From Gemmatimonadaceae bacterium (GTDB taxonomy: Bacteria; Gemmatimonadota; Gemmatimonadetes; Gemmatimonadales; Gemmatimonadaceae), in NCBI GenBank assembly GCA_051859245.1, contig JBHYGA010000006.1:128001-192000 (forward strand): a stretch of 64,000 bases of DNA, given 5' to 3'. Of the stretch, positions 55,659-64,000 are shown in pieces; position 1 is the first letter of the stretch; every line of letters starts with the position of its first letter. The position numbers were made by a program, and so were the translations under genes. Under the pieces are notes generated by a model, which saw nothing but the letters and a program-made list of their open reading frames with translations, did no database searches and was not told the origin of the DNA.

Positions 55659-57265
55659 GCCAACACCTCGCGGTCGGCGCCGGTCATGAACGGACCAAGC
55701 ACTTCCGTCGTGCAGTCCGTGGCCGGCAACAAACATGCAAAGCGTCCTTCATACATCACGGCAATGCGATCAGCGAGCGCGAGCACTTCGGACAAGTCTG
55801 CCGACACGAGCAACACACCTTTGCCGCTGTCGCGCGCCGCGCGCAACTGCGAGTGAATGAACTCGATGGCGCCAACATCGACACCACGTGTGGGCTGCGC
55901 TGCCAGCAAAATGCTGAACGAACGTCCCATCTCGCGTGCAATGACGATCTTCTGCTGATTTCCACCAGACAATGCACGCGCGGGAAGCGATGCGTCGGCG
56001 GGGCGGATATCGAACGCGCGAATCTGCGACGCGGCATGCTGCGCAATCTTTGCCGTGTCCAAGCCACCGAGCCGTGACGTGAAATGGTGCTGTCGTCCGA
56101 GCAGCAGATTGTCCGACACCGAGTAGTCGAGCACCAATCCACGCCGGTGACGGTCTTCCGGAATGTGCGACAATCCGGCGTCAGTGCGCGCGCGTACATC
56201 AAGGGACGTAATGTCCTGCCCATTGATCAACACGTGCCCCGCGTGCGCCTGCCGGAGGCCAGCCAGTACTTCAAGCAGTTCCGTCTGTCCGTTCCCTTCG
56301 ACACCGGCGATGCCAAGAATCTCACCGGGCTGCACGCTGAAGCTCAGCTGCTCAATCACAGGTGTTCCACGGTCACCGCGCACGGTCAGTCCGCGCACCT
56401 CGAGTGCCGCGCGTGCCTTGCCCGCCTCCCTCGAGGAGCCGCGCGATGACAACGTTGCTGCGACACCAGCGCTCTTGCTTTGAGTCGTTCCATCACGTGT
56501 CGCAAAATCGAGCGCCAGTGTGACCTCTCGACCCACCATCGCACGCGCAATGTCACGCGGTGTAGTATCTGCGGTGGCCAAACGCGCCACGCTTCGACCG
56601 TCACGCATGACGGTAATCGTGTCCGAGATCGCCACGACTTCGTCGAGCTTGTGCGTGATGATGATGATCGTATCACCCTTGGCACGCAGTCCGCGCAATA
56701 CGGTCCACAGCTCCTCAACTTCCGGCGGTGACAACACCGCAGTGGGCTCATCGAGCACGAGAATGCGCGCGCCGCGATAGAGCACCTTGAGGATTTCAAC
56801 ACGTTGCGCTTCGCCCACACTGAGTTCGGCCACCGAACGTGTGGGATCCACGCGCAGTCCAGTCCGCGTCGCGAGTGCACGCACATCTTCAACCGCGCGC
56901 GCTTCGTCCAGCTGCAGACCCCGACGGGGTTCGCGCCCCAGCACCAGATTCTCGGCGACGGTCAGTGTGGGCACAAGCATGAAGTGCTGATGCACCATGC
57001 CAACGCCCGCTGCGATCGCTTCGTTGGTGTCCCAGCCCGTGACATCGCGGCCTAGGACTTCCACGCGTCCACCACTGGGCGTGTGTAAGCCGCTGAGAAT
57101 GTGCATCAACGTGCTCTTTCCTGCACCATTCTCACCAACAAGCGCGTGAATCTCTCCGCTTGCGACTTCCAGTGTGACGTCGCGATTGGCCTGCACGGTC
57201 CCAAAATGTTTTGAGACCTGACTCATGCGCACGGCCCACGTTGCGTTCGACGAGGGGACGTTCAT
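55655..57265 (-). CDS. ABC transporter ATP-binding protein (two-domain sugar/nucleoside type)
   Basis: GENGAGKST, GMVHQHF, LDEPT, HIPEDR, LSGGNQQK, QPTRGVDVG. Confidence 0.95.
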   Translation of the reverse strand: MNVPSSNATWAVRMSQVSKHFGTVQANRDVTLEVASGEIHALVGENGAGKSTLMHILSGLHTPSGGRVEVLGRDVTGWDTNEAIAAGVGMVHQHFMLVPTLTVAENLVLGREPRRGLQLDEARAVEDVRALATRTGLRVDPTRSVAELSVGEAQRVEILKVLYRGARILVLDEPTAVLSPPEVEELWTVLRGLRAKGDTIIIITHKLDEVVAISDTITVMRDGRSVARLATADTTPRDIARAMVGREVTLALDFATRDGTTQSKSAGVAATLSSRGSSREAGKARAALEVRGLTVRGDRGTPVIEQLSFSVQPGEILGIAGVEGNGQTELLEVLAGLRQAHAGHVLINGQDITSLDVRARTDAGLSHIPEDRHRRGLVLDYSVSDNLLLGRQHHFTSRLGGLDTAKIAQHAASQIRAFDIRPADASLPARALSGGNQQKIVIAREMGRSFSILLAAQPTRGVDVGAIEFIHSQLRAARDSGKGVLLVSADLSEVLALADRIAVMYEGRFACLLPATDCTTEVLGPFMTGADREVLA

Positions 57266-58299
57266 CGGGTGTTTGGCACCTTGATGCGACCGGCGATGAT
57301 GTCGGCCTCCAGCGCCATCAGTCGCGTGCGCACGGAATCGGGAATCAGCGCGCGGTTGTTGTCATCGTACACATAACCAACGCCGCGCTCCGCCAATCCA
57401 AACACGCGCACGCCGCCAGCGAATGTGCCGTCTTGCACCGCCTTGGCCGCGTCGTACACGGCGGCGTCAATGCCTTTCACCATTGACGTGAGCACATGGC
57501 CTGGTGCTTCGCTGTACTGATCTGCATCGACACCAATCGCCAGTCGGCCCGTGGTACGTGCCGCTTCAAACACGCCGAGACCGGTGGAGCCAGACGCGTG
57601 AAAGATCACGTTCACGCCCTGCTGGTACTGCGACAGCGCAAGCTCCTTGCCTTTGCCAGGATTCTTGAACGCTTCCGGTGTGACGCCCGCGTACTGCGCG
57701 ATCACTTCGCAGTCGGGACACACGTGCAACACACCCGCGCGATATCCGGCTTCGAACTTGTGAATGAGCGCGATATCCATGCCGCCGACAAAGCCCACTT
57801 TTTTCGAGCCGCCAGCGAGCGCCGCGAGCGCGCCTACGAGAAACGAACCTTCTTCTTCGCGGAACTTGAGCGCGACAAGATTGGGCGGCAGTGGCAGCGG
57901 ATTGCCGAGCGAATCGGTCGACACCGCGAAGTCGACGTCGGCAAATTTTACGTTGGGATATTCACGGGCCAGCGTGAGCACGTCATCGGTGAAGATGAAT
58001 CCCACGGCCACCACGAGGTCCATGCCTTCGGCGGCGAGCAGGCGCAGGCCGGCTTCGCGATCGGAGCCTTCGCCTGGTTCGATGTAGCGAACGCGCGCTT
58101 GCAGTGAGTCCGCGGCGAGCAGTCCGCCAAGAAAGGCGCCGTCATTGAATGACTTGTCTCCGCGTCCGCCAACATCGAACACAATGCCGATGTCGAGACC
58201 CTCACCCTCGGGCGCAATCGTGGCGCCGGACGGGGAGATGGTCAGCAGCAGGAGATGGGCGGCGACGAGGGCGCCAAGGAGATAGAGGGTCCGACGCAT
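57262..58299 (-). CDS. BMP-family substrate-binding protein (purine nucleoside type)
   Basis: GGRGDKSFN, FREEEGSFLVG, GFVGG, IFHASG.TG.GV, IGVDADQ, LTSMVK. Confidence 0.92.
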   Translation of the reverse strand: MRRTLYLLGALVAAHLLLLTISPSGATIAPEGEGLDIGIVFDVGGRGDKSFNDGAFLGGLLAADSLQARVRYIEPGEGSDREAGLRLLAAEGMDLVVAVGFIFTDDVLTLAREYPNVKFADVDFAVSTDSLGNPLPLPPNLVALKFREEEGSFLVGALAALAGGSKKVGFVGGMDIALIHKFEAGYRAGVLHVCPDCEVIAQYAGVTPEAFKNPGKGKELALSQYQQGVNVIFHASGSTGLGVFEAARTTGRLAIGVDADQYSEAPGHVLTSMVKGIDAAVYDAAKAVQDGTFAGGVRVFGLAERGVGYVYDDNNRALIPDSVRTRLMALEADIIAGRIKVPNTR

Positions 58300-58365
58300 G
58301 AGTCGGAAGGATCGCCCTCGGCGCCGTCATGGACAAGGCGACGCCGAGAACGAAATTCCGTCAGG

Positions 58366-59907
58366 TCAGGTCAGCGGCTTGTAGCGGTACGCGACAATTC
58401 CAGCGCCCTTCGCTTCGAGACGTACCTGCTTGCGCTCACCCTTGGTGATCGGCTCCACTTCCTGCGATGCGGACGAGACCACGTTGCCAGAGGCATCGAG
58501 GAACTCCACCGAGAACGTGTTGGCCTTCGGCTTGTCAGCGGCGCCTTCGAGCGACACGGAGAACGTCACCGACTCGGCTTTGCGCTCGAACTCATCCACG
58601 GTGACCTTGACGGGCAGACTGTCGGCCTTGGCAGCGTAGGCGATCAGCGAGTCCGTCCACTTTTTCTTGTCCGGCGCGGCCGTAGCCGCCTGCATGCGTC
58701 CCTGCGCCGCGAACGCGTAGAGCGACCACGCGTCATAGTTGTTCGGATCGATTGCCACGAGCGCGTCGAGCGGCTTGGCCATCTTGTCGTACTGCTTTGC
58801 GGCGTAGTACGACGCCGCCAGGTTGCGCAGCGCGTCACGCTGATTGGCGTTCTTGGCCACGGCGGCCTCGAACAGCGAAATCGCGTCGCTGGTCTTGTCA
58901 GCCTGCGTGGCGAGCACACCGGCCATCGTGAGCGCGTAGTCAGAGTAGGACGCTGGCGTGGCGAGCAGCGGGGCGTACACACTGGGCACGCTCGCGGTGT
59001 CGCCGAGCGCCAGATACGCTTCACCAAGACCCTGCATGATGGTGGGCGCATCGGACGAGGTCGGGTAGTCGGTCATGAAGGTCTTCATGGCGGCAACCGC
59101 CCTCGTCAGTCGCGCCTTCTGTTCATCGCCCGAGAGCTCACGCGCCTGGGCGAGTGTGTACAGACCCACGTAGAACAGGCTGCTCTGCCGAATGTCGGCG
59201 TAGCTCGAATCGGTACCCGACGCTTCAACCGCCTTCTCCCACTGGCTCACCGCGCTCACAAGATCGCCCTTCTTCTGCGCGGCAATGCCGAGCACCTGGA
59301 ACGGATACGGATTGTTGTCGGGGAGCAGCGTGAGGGAATGCTGTGCGTAGATCGCGGCCGAATCCGGATCACCGCTCGCCATATCGAGCGCCTTTCGCGT
59401 CATCGCCAGCCAGCCCTCGCTCTGACGCATCGTGCGCACATCCGCGGCGCAGGCGGGCGACGCGGCGACAATGGCCTTGAGCGATTCATCGACGGTCTTT
59501 ACGAGATCAATCGGCGCGTCGGGCGTATCGGTGGCGCCAATCGCACCGCGCGTGGTGACGACCGGCGTGGTCGGATCCGCGATCCACAGCGACAGTGTTT
59601 GCGCGAGGACCATGTTGTAGCCCGTCACGTTCTTCTCCCGGAACTTTTCGGGCTTGTTCGTGAGCTCTTTCATGGTCTGCTTGAGTGCCGCCTGGCGGGC
59701 GGCTGGATCGGCGGCACCGGCGGCACGCTGGAACGCGAGGTTCGCAACCAGCAGTTCTTTCGGTGAGTTCGCGTCCATCTCACAGCTTGGTCCAACACCA
59801 CCAGGCTGCGCCTGAGCGATGACGGACAGGGACAGCGTCGCGACAGTTGCCGCGGACACAGGGAGCAGTCGCGCCGTAGCACGACCAAATTGACGAAGAG
59901 CACGCAT
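58366..59907 (-). CDS. Secreted TPR-repeat protein with C-terminal beta domain
   Basis: Signal peptide (..IAQAQ), TPR-like helices (LGEAYLALG, ALRNLAASY, AIDPNNYDAW), strong codon bias. Confidence 0.8.
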   Translation of the reverse strand: MRALRQFGRATARLLPVSAATVATLSLSVIAQAQPGGVGPSCEMDANSPKELLVANLAFQRAAGAADPAARQAALKQTMKELTNKPEKFREKNVTGYNMVLAQTLSLWIADPTTPVVTTRGAIGATDTPDAPIDLVKTVDESLKAIVAASPACAADVRTMRQSEGWLAMTRKALDMASGDPDSAAIYAQHSLTLLPDNNPYPFQVLGIAAQKKGDLVSAVSQWEKAVEASGTDSSYADIRQSSLFYVGLYTLAQARELSGDEQKARLTRAVAAMKTFMTDYPTSSDAPTIMQGLGEAYLALGDTASVPSVYAPLLATPASYSDYALTMAGVLATQADKTSDAISLFEAAVAKNANQRDALRNLAASYYAAKQYDKMAKPLDALVAIDPNNYDAWSLYAFAAQGRMQAATAAPDKKKWTDSLIAYAAKADSLPVKVTVDEFERKAESVTFSVSLEGAADKPKANTFSVEFLDASGNVVSSASQEVEPITKGERKQVRLEAKGAGIVAYRYKPLT

Positions 59908-59976
59908 GTCGGAACGATCTCCTGCCGGAAAGGACGGCTGGCACCCACGCGGTGCCGCGATATTGTTGAAATCTAT

Positions 59977-61488
59977 ATGACCGAACGAATTCGCACCCGG
60001 TATCTCGTCGTCGGCAGTGGAGTGGCTGGATTGCACACCGCCTGGCGTGCTTCTGACCATGGTCCGGTCATGCTCCTGACCAAGCGCTCACTGTTCGATT
60101 CCGCCACTGCATACGCACAGGGCGGCATCGCCGCTGCGCTGGGTGCTGGCGACTCGCCCGCTTTGCATCGCCGCGATACGCTCGCGGCTGGCGCCGCGCT
60201 CTGTGATGCCGCGGCCGTCCAGGTTCTGGTAGAAGAAGGTCCGGCCCGTGTGCTCGAACTGCAGACGGCCGGCGCTCGATTTGATCTGGCGCCCGATGGG
60301 TCGCTCAAACTCGGCCGTGAGGCCGCGCACTCGGTCCATCGCATCGTACACGCCCAAGGCGATCAGACGGGCGCCGAAGTGGCCAGAACGCTGCTGGCGC
60401 GGGTTGCGGAGAGCCCAGGGGTGGACGTTCGGGAATGGGCCCGTGTGCTCGACCTGATCGTGCACGACGGACAGTGTGTGGGTGTACGCGCCAGTCTGGC
60501 CGGACAGGCGGTGGAAATCATCGCAGACGCGACTGTCTTTGCTACCGGTGGCTGCGGACAGGTGTTCCGCCACACCACCAACCCGCAGGTGGCCACGGGC
60601 GACGGGTATGCGATCGCCCACCGCGCCGGTGCGCGTCTGGCCGACATGGAGTTTGTCCAGTTCCACCCCACCGCGCTGGCGACCAGCGAAAATCCGCTGG
60701 CGCTCATTTCGGAGGCGGTGCGCGGCGAGGGGGCGATTCTGGTGAACAGTCTGGGCGAGCCGTTCATGGCCAAACGGCACAAGCAGGCCGATCTGGCGCC
60801 GCGCGACGTGGTGGCACGTGAGATTTTCCGGGAGCAGCAACGTTCGGGTCCGGTCTATCTCGATGCGCGCAAGCTGGGCCGCGGGTTTGCCAAGCGCTTT
60901 CCCGGAATCCAGGCCATTTGTCTGGCGCGGGGTATCACCCCGTCGCGTCAGCTGATTCCCGTCACACCAGCTGCGCACTACATGATGGGCGGTATCGTGA
61001 CCGATCTGCGTGGACGTTCCAGTTTGCCGCGACTCTACGCGGTGGGTGAGTCGGCGCGCACCGGTGTGCACGGCGCCAATCGGCTGGCCTCGAACTCGCT
61101 GCTCGAGGGGCTGGTGTTCGCCGAACGGGTGGCCCGCGATCTGGCGACCACGCCCAAGCGGTTCCCGACCCCGCGGGCACAAAAGTGGGCCGTTCCGTTG
61201 CTCGACGATCGCGGCGCGGCGCAGGTGGCGGCCGATGAAATTCGTGCACTGATGTGGAACTACGCGGGTATTGATCGGACAGCGCGCGGTCTGCGCGCCT
61301 GCTTAAAAGGGCTGGCGGCAATTGAGCCACGACTGTCCGAGGGGGCCACGGAGGAACGCAACCTGCTCACCACCGCGCAGCTCATCGCGGAAGCCGCGCT
61401 GCTCCGCAAGGAGTCGCGCGGAGGGCACTATCGGAGCGACTTTCCAACGCGACAGCGGGCCTGGAAAGGTCGACAGATTACCTGGTAG
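59977..61488 (+). CDS. nadB: L-aspartate oxidase
   Basis: VVGSGVAGL, AQGGIAA, REAAHS..RI.H, MEFVQFHPT, LISEAVRGEG, LAPRDVVAR, HYMMGG, HGANRLASNSLLE. Confidence 0.96.
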   Translation: MTERIRTRYLVVGSGVAGLHTAWRASDHGPVMLLTKRSLFDSATAYAQGGIAAALGAGDSPALHRRDTLAAGAALCDAAAVQVLVEEGPARVLELQTAGARFDLAPDGSLKLGREAAHSVHRIVHAQGDQTGAEVARTLLARVAESPGVDVREWARVLDLIVHDGQCVGVRASLAGQAVEIIADATVFATGGCGQVFRHTTNPQVATGDGYAIAHRAGARLADMEFVQFHPTALATSENPLALISEAVRGEGAILVNSLGEPFMAKRHKQADLAPRDVVAREIFREQQRSGPVYLDARKLGRGFAKRFPGIQAICLARGITPSRQLIPVTPAAHYMMGGIVTDLRGRSSLPRLYAVGESARTGVHGANRLASNSLLEGLVFAERVARDLATTPKRFPTPRAQKWAVPLLDDRGAAQVAADEIRALMWNYAGIDRTARGLRACLKGLAAIEPRLSEGATEERNLLTTAQLIAEAALLRKESRGGHYRSDFPTRQRAWKGRQITW

Positions 61489-61557
61489 GACGTACGGCCA
61501 TTCACGGCGCGCACGGCGCGCCTCTGGAATATTCCCACTTCTTGTGATGATTCCTGC

Positions 61558-62568
61558 ATGACGATTCTTGAAGCGCACTACGATCCAGCGTTGCACGATG
61601 CAATTCGCGCACTCGCGGCCGAACGCAACGCCGTGATTCTGGCGCACAATTACGAGCGGCCGGAAATCCAGGACGTTGCGGATTATGTGGGTGACTCGCT
61701 CGGTCTGTCGCGCGAAGCGGCGAAAACCAGCGCTGAGGTGATCGTATTTTGCGGTGTGCATTTCATGGCCGAAACGGCGGCAATTTTGTCGCCGCAGAAG
61801 ACCGTGCTGTTGCCGGATCTGGCCGCCGGCTGTTCGCTCGCCAGCACGATCAACGCCGACGAATTACGCGCGTGGAAGGCCGAGCATCCGGGTGCGGTGG
61901 TGGTGTCGTACGTGAATACCACCGCCGAAGTGAAAGCCGAAAGTGATTACTGCTGCACCAGCGGCAACGCGGTCGACGTGATCAACGCGATCCCCGCCGA
62001 AAAAGAGATCCTCTTTCTTCCTGACATGTTCCTCGGCGCGCACGTGCAACGCGTGACGGGCCGCGAGAACATTCACGTGTGGATGGGCGAGTGTCACGTG
62101 CACGCGGGCATTGATCCGGAGCACATCAATCTCACCCGCTCACAGCACCCAGGCGCCGAGTTTCTGATTCATCCGGAATGCGGCTGCGCGACGTCGGTGG
62201 TTGACGCGATCTCGGCCGGTGCCATTTCCAAAGACGGTGCGCACATTCTCTCCACCGAGGGCATGATCCGTCGCCCGTCGCAAACGGAGAACGATACGTT
62301 CATCGTGGCCACGGAAATCGGTATCCTGCATCGTCTGCGCCGTGAGAATCCTACCAAACACTTTATCGCCGCCAACGAACGCGCGCAGTGTGCGTACATG
62401 AAGGTCACCACGTTGCCCAAAGTGCTGGGTGCGCTGCAGCGACTCGAGCATCGCATCACGGTGCCCAAAGCGATTGCTGATCGCGCGCGTTTGGCAATTG
62501 AGCGCATGGTGGCGATTGGCGGCACGCCCGCACCCAGTCCGTTTGGTCCCGACGACCCGGGGGAATAG
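61558..62568 (+). CDS. nadA: Quinolinate synthase A
   Basis: ILAHNY, GDSLGL, FCGVHFMAE, AGCSLA, YVNT, CTS.NA, GECHVH, HPEC, C.YMK. Confidence 0.97.
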   Translation: MTILEAHYDPALHDAIRALAAERNAVILAHNYERPEIQDVADYVGDSLGLSREAAKTSAEVIVFCGVHFMAETAAILSPQKTVLLPDLAAGCSLASTINADELRAWKAEHPGAVVVSYVNTTAEVKAESDYCCTSGNAVDVINAIPAEKEILFLPDMFLGAHVQRVTGRENIHVWMGECHVHAGIDPEHINLTRSQHPGAEFLIHPECGCATSVVDAISAGAISKDGAHILSTEGMIRRPSQTENDTFIVATEIGILHRLRRENPTKHFIAANERAQCAYMKVTTLPKVLGALQRLEHRITVPKAIADRARLAIERMVAIGGTPAPSPFGPDDPGE

Positions 62569-63497
62569 TGCAACAACCGCACGCTGAACCACCGCTCAGG
62601 CACATCACACCGCTCGGCTCACCCGCCGTCACGAGCGTTGGGGCATCCAGGTTTCCGCTCTCCGAAGCGGAAACCGAAGCGTTGGTGCGTGCGGCGCTCG
62701 ATGAAGACGCAGCGTTTCACGATGTGTCCACGATTGCGACGGTCATGTCGGACCGTCACGTGCGCGGCGCGCTCGTGGCGCGACGTGCGGGCGTGATTGC
62801 CGGTGTGCCGCTGGCGTGCGAGGCGTTTCGAATTCTTGATGATCGTGCGTCCATTCGCGCTGAACATGTGGACGGCGCGCATGTAAATGCGGGCGACGTG
62901 GTGCTGCGCATTAACGGACACGCGCGTGCCATGCTCTCCGCTGAACGCGTCGCGCTGAACTTCATGCAGCGATTGTCTGGTGTGGCTACGCTCACATCAC
63001 GGTTTGTGACGGCGGTCAGCGGCACATCCGCACGCATTCTGGATACGCGCAAAACAACACCCGGCTGGCGCAAGCTGGAGAAGTACGCGGTGCTGTGTGG
63101 CGGCGGCGAAAATCACCGCATGGATTTGCGCAGCGGTGTGTTGATCAAAGACAACCATCTGGCCGCGATTGGTGGTGATGTGGCGTTGGCGGTGTCGCGC
63201 GCGCGTGGCATTGCGGCGCCCGGAACGCCCATTCAGGTAGAATGTGATACGCTCGAACAGGTGGAGTCTGCGCTCAGCGCTGGGGCCGACTCGATTCTGC
63301 TCGACAACATGTCGCTCGACGAGCTTCGCCGTGCGGTGGTGATGTGCAAGGATCGCGCAATCACCGAAGCGTCGGGTGGCGTTTCACTCGACACGGTGGC
63401 CGACATTGCACGGTGTGGTGTTGACCGAATTTCCATTGGCGCGCTCACACACAGCGCGCCCGCACTTGATCTGGCGCTCGACTTCGACGGTCTCTGA
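62568..63497 (+). CDS. nadC: Nicotinate-nucleotide pyrophosphorylase (carboxylating)
   Basis: ERVALNF.QRLSG, DTRKTTPG, NHR, LIKDNH, LLDNM, EASGG, GALTHS. Confidence 0.97.
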   Translation: MQQPHAEPPLRHITPLGSPAVTSVGASRFPLSEAETEALVRAALDEDAAFHDVSTIATVMSDRHVRGALVARRAGVIAGVPLACEAFRILDDRASIRAEHVDGAHVNAGDVVLRINGHARAMLSAERVALNFMQRLSGVATLTSRFVTAVSGTSARILDTRKTTPGWRKLEKYAVLCGGGENHRMDLRSGVLIKDNHLAAIGGDVALAVSRARGIAAPGTPIQVECDTLEQVESALSAGADSILLDNMSLDELRRAVVMCKDRAITEASGGVSLDTVADIARCGVDRISIGALTHSAPALDLALDFDGL

Positions 63498-63518
63498 CCG
63501 TTTTCCGGTGTTCTGACC

Positions 63519-64000
63519 ATGCCTGTTCGCATTCCCCTGATCACTGACCCAGCCGCGCGCGTACTGCTCGATGGTCTGGTCGACTTTGCTGGCCTCTTTC
63601 CTCCCGCGTCACTTTCCATGCCCGACGCGGTCAAACAGTATGCGAAAGCCCGTGGCGGCGAAGCGGGTTGGATGCTCGGCCGCTTTGTGTGTCCCGTCGC
63701 GCAGCTCGAGTCATTCGGCGCTGTGGCCGAGCCGTTGTTGCCACGTGATGCGGGCGCGATTCCGTGGCGCCTCTCGGCGATTGGTTCCGGTGATCATGCG
63801 GCCGACGCCGCTGCGATTGCTGTGATCAACGAGTCGCATCGTTGGAGTTGGGATGAGTGCAGCGCGATCGTTGACACGATCGAGACGCGTGCGTCGTCCG
63901 TTGCGGAAATTGAGCAGATCGACCGTGCGTTTGGTGCGCAGGCCACGGTGTATGTGGAGCTTTCCCCAGACGCCGAACTGGCGCCGTTGCTTGCCGCGCT
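63519..64000 (+). CDS. Conserved hypothetical protein (3' end outside the window)
   Basis: Not in the ORF track because there is no stop in the window; translates MPVRIPLITDPAARVLLDGLVDFAGLFPPASLSMPDAV..Y......WMLGRFVCP. Confidence 0.75.
   Translation, partial: MPVRIPLITDPAARVLLDGLVDFAGLFPPASLSMPDAVKQYAKARGGEAGWMLGRFVCPVAQLESFGAVAEPLLPRDAGAIPWRLSAIGSGDHAADAAAIAVINESHRWSWDECSAIVDTIETRASSVAEIEQIDRAFGAQATVYVELSPDAELAPLLAA

Noticed and set aside
54555..55856. 433-aa plus-strand ORF (likewise 7174-8289, 23275-24438, 24086-25198, 60088-61182 on minus)
   Set aside because: Each lies antisense to well-supported genes and has no family motifs.
58255..59766. 503-aa plus-strand ORF
   Set aside because: Antisense shadow of the TPR gene; Arg-rich, no motifs, typical of high-GC codon bias.
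59908..61557. NAD riboswitch or regulator box at nadB/nadA (GGAATATTCC palindrome at 61526-61535)
   Set aside because: Both intergenic gaps are only 69 bp, no recognisable aptamer, and a single 10-bp palindrome is too weak.
1..64000. tRNA, rRNA, IS, integrase, prophage or defence genes
   Set aside because: None recognised; nearly all sequence is explained by the listed CDSs, although small RNAs could be missed without covariance searches.

Overview
High-GC bacterial chromosome segment, densely coding. Gene content and style suggest Gemmatimonadota, but this is inference and was not verified. Layout: (1-9.9 kb) end of a flagellar/chemotaxis cluster: fliD(partial)-fliS-2 hypotheticals-flgM-cheY-cheZ-like-cheA-cheW-cheR-cheD-cheY-cheX-cheB, with several sigma28-type promoters. 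(9.9-34.3 kb) housekeeping and signalling genes: histidine kinases, AlkA-like glycosylase, TIGR01777-like epimerase, K+/H+ antiporter, DHDPS-like/epimerase/PlsC/CDGSH/SufE operon, msrPQ, PAS-GGDEF-EAL, RlmL-like methylase, sucA, secreted PIG-L deacetylase. (34.3-52 kb) accessory envelope/sensing region: sigma54-preceded PEP-CTERM protein, phosphate porin with a Pho-box-like site, two MCPs, copper amine oxidase, two tandem mini PEP-CTERM peptide genes, cyclase, DUF305, LVIVD-like protein, PLP decarboxylase, a LuxR-hydrolase-pseudocyclase fusion and an ANTAR regulator. (52-64 kb) MFS, BMP-type nucleoside ABC transporter, TPR protein, nadBAC and a partial hypothetical. No rRNA, tRNA, CRISPR or IS element was recognised. 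The most novel-looking element is at 41.2-41.9 kb: a ~381-bp tandem duplication in which each unit has its own promoter, a 65-66 aa gene (identical signal peptide, unrelated 17-18 aa two-Cys core, near-identical PEP-CTERM anchor) and a downstream hairpin. This is a candidate family of hypervariable, disulfide-looped, exosortase-processed micro-peptides. All family calls come from motif recognition by eye; no database searches were run.
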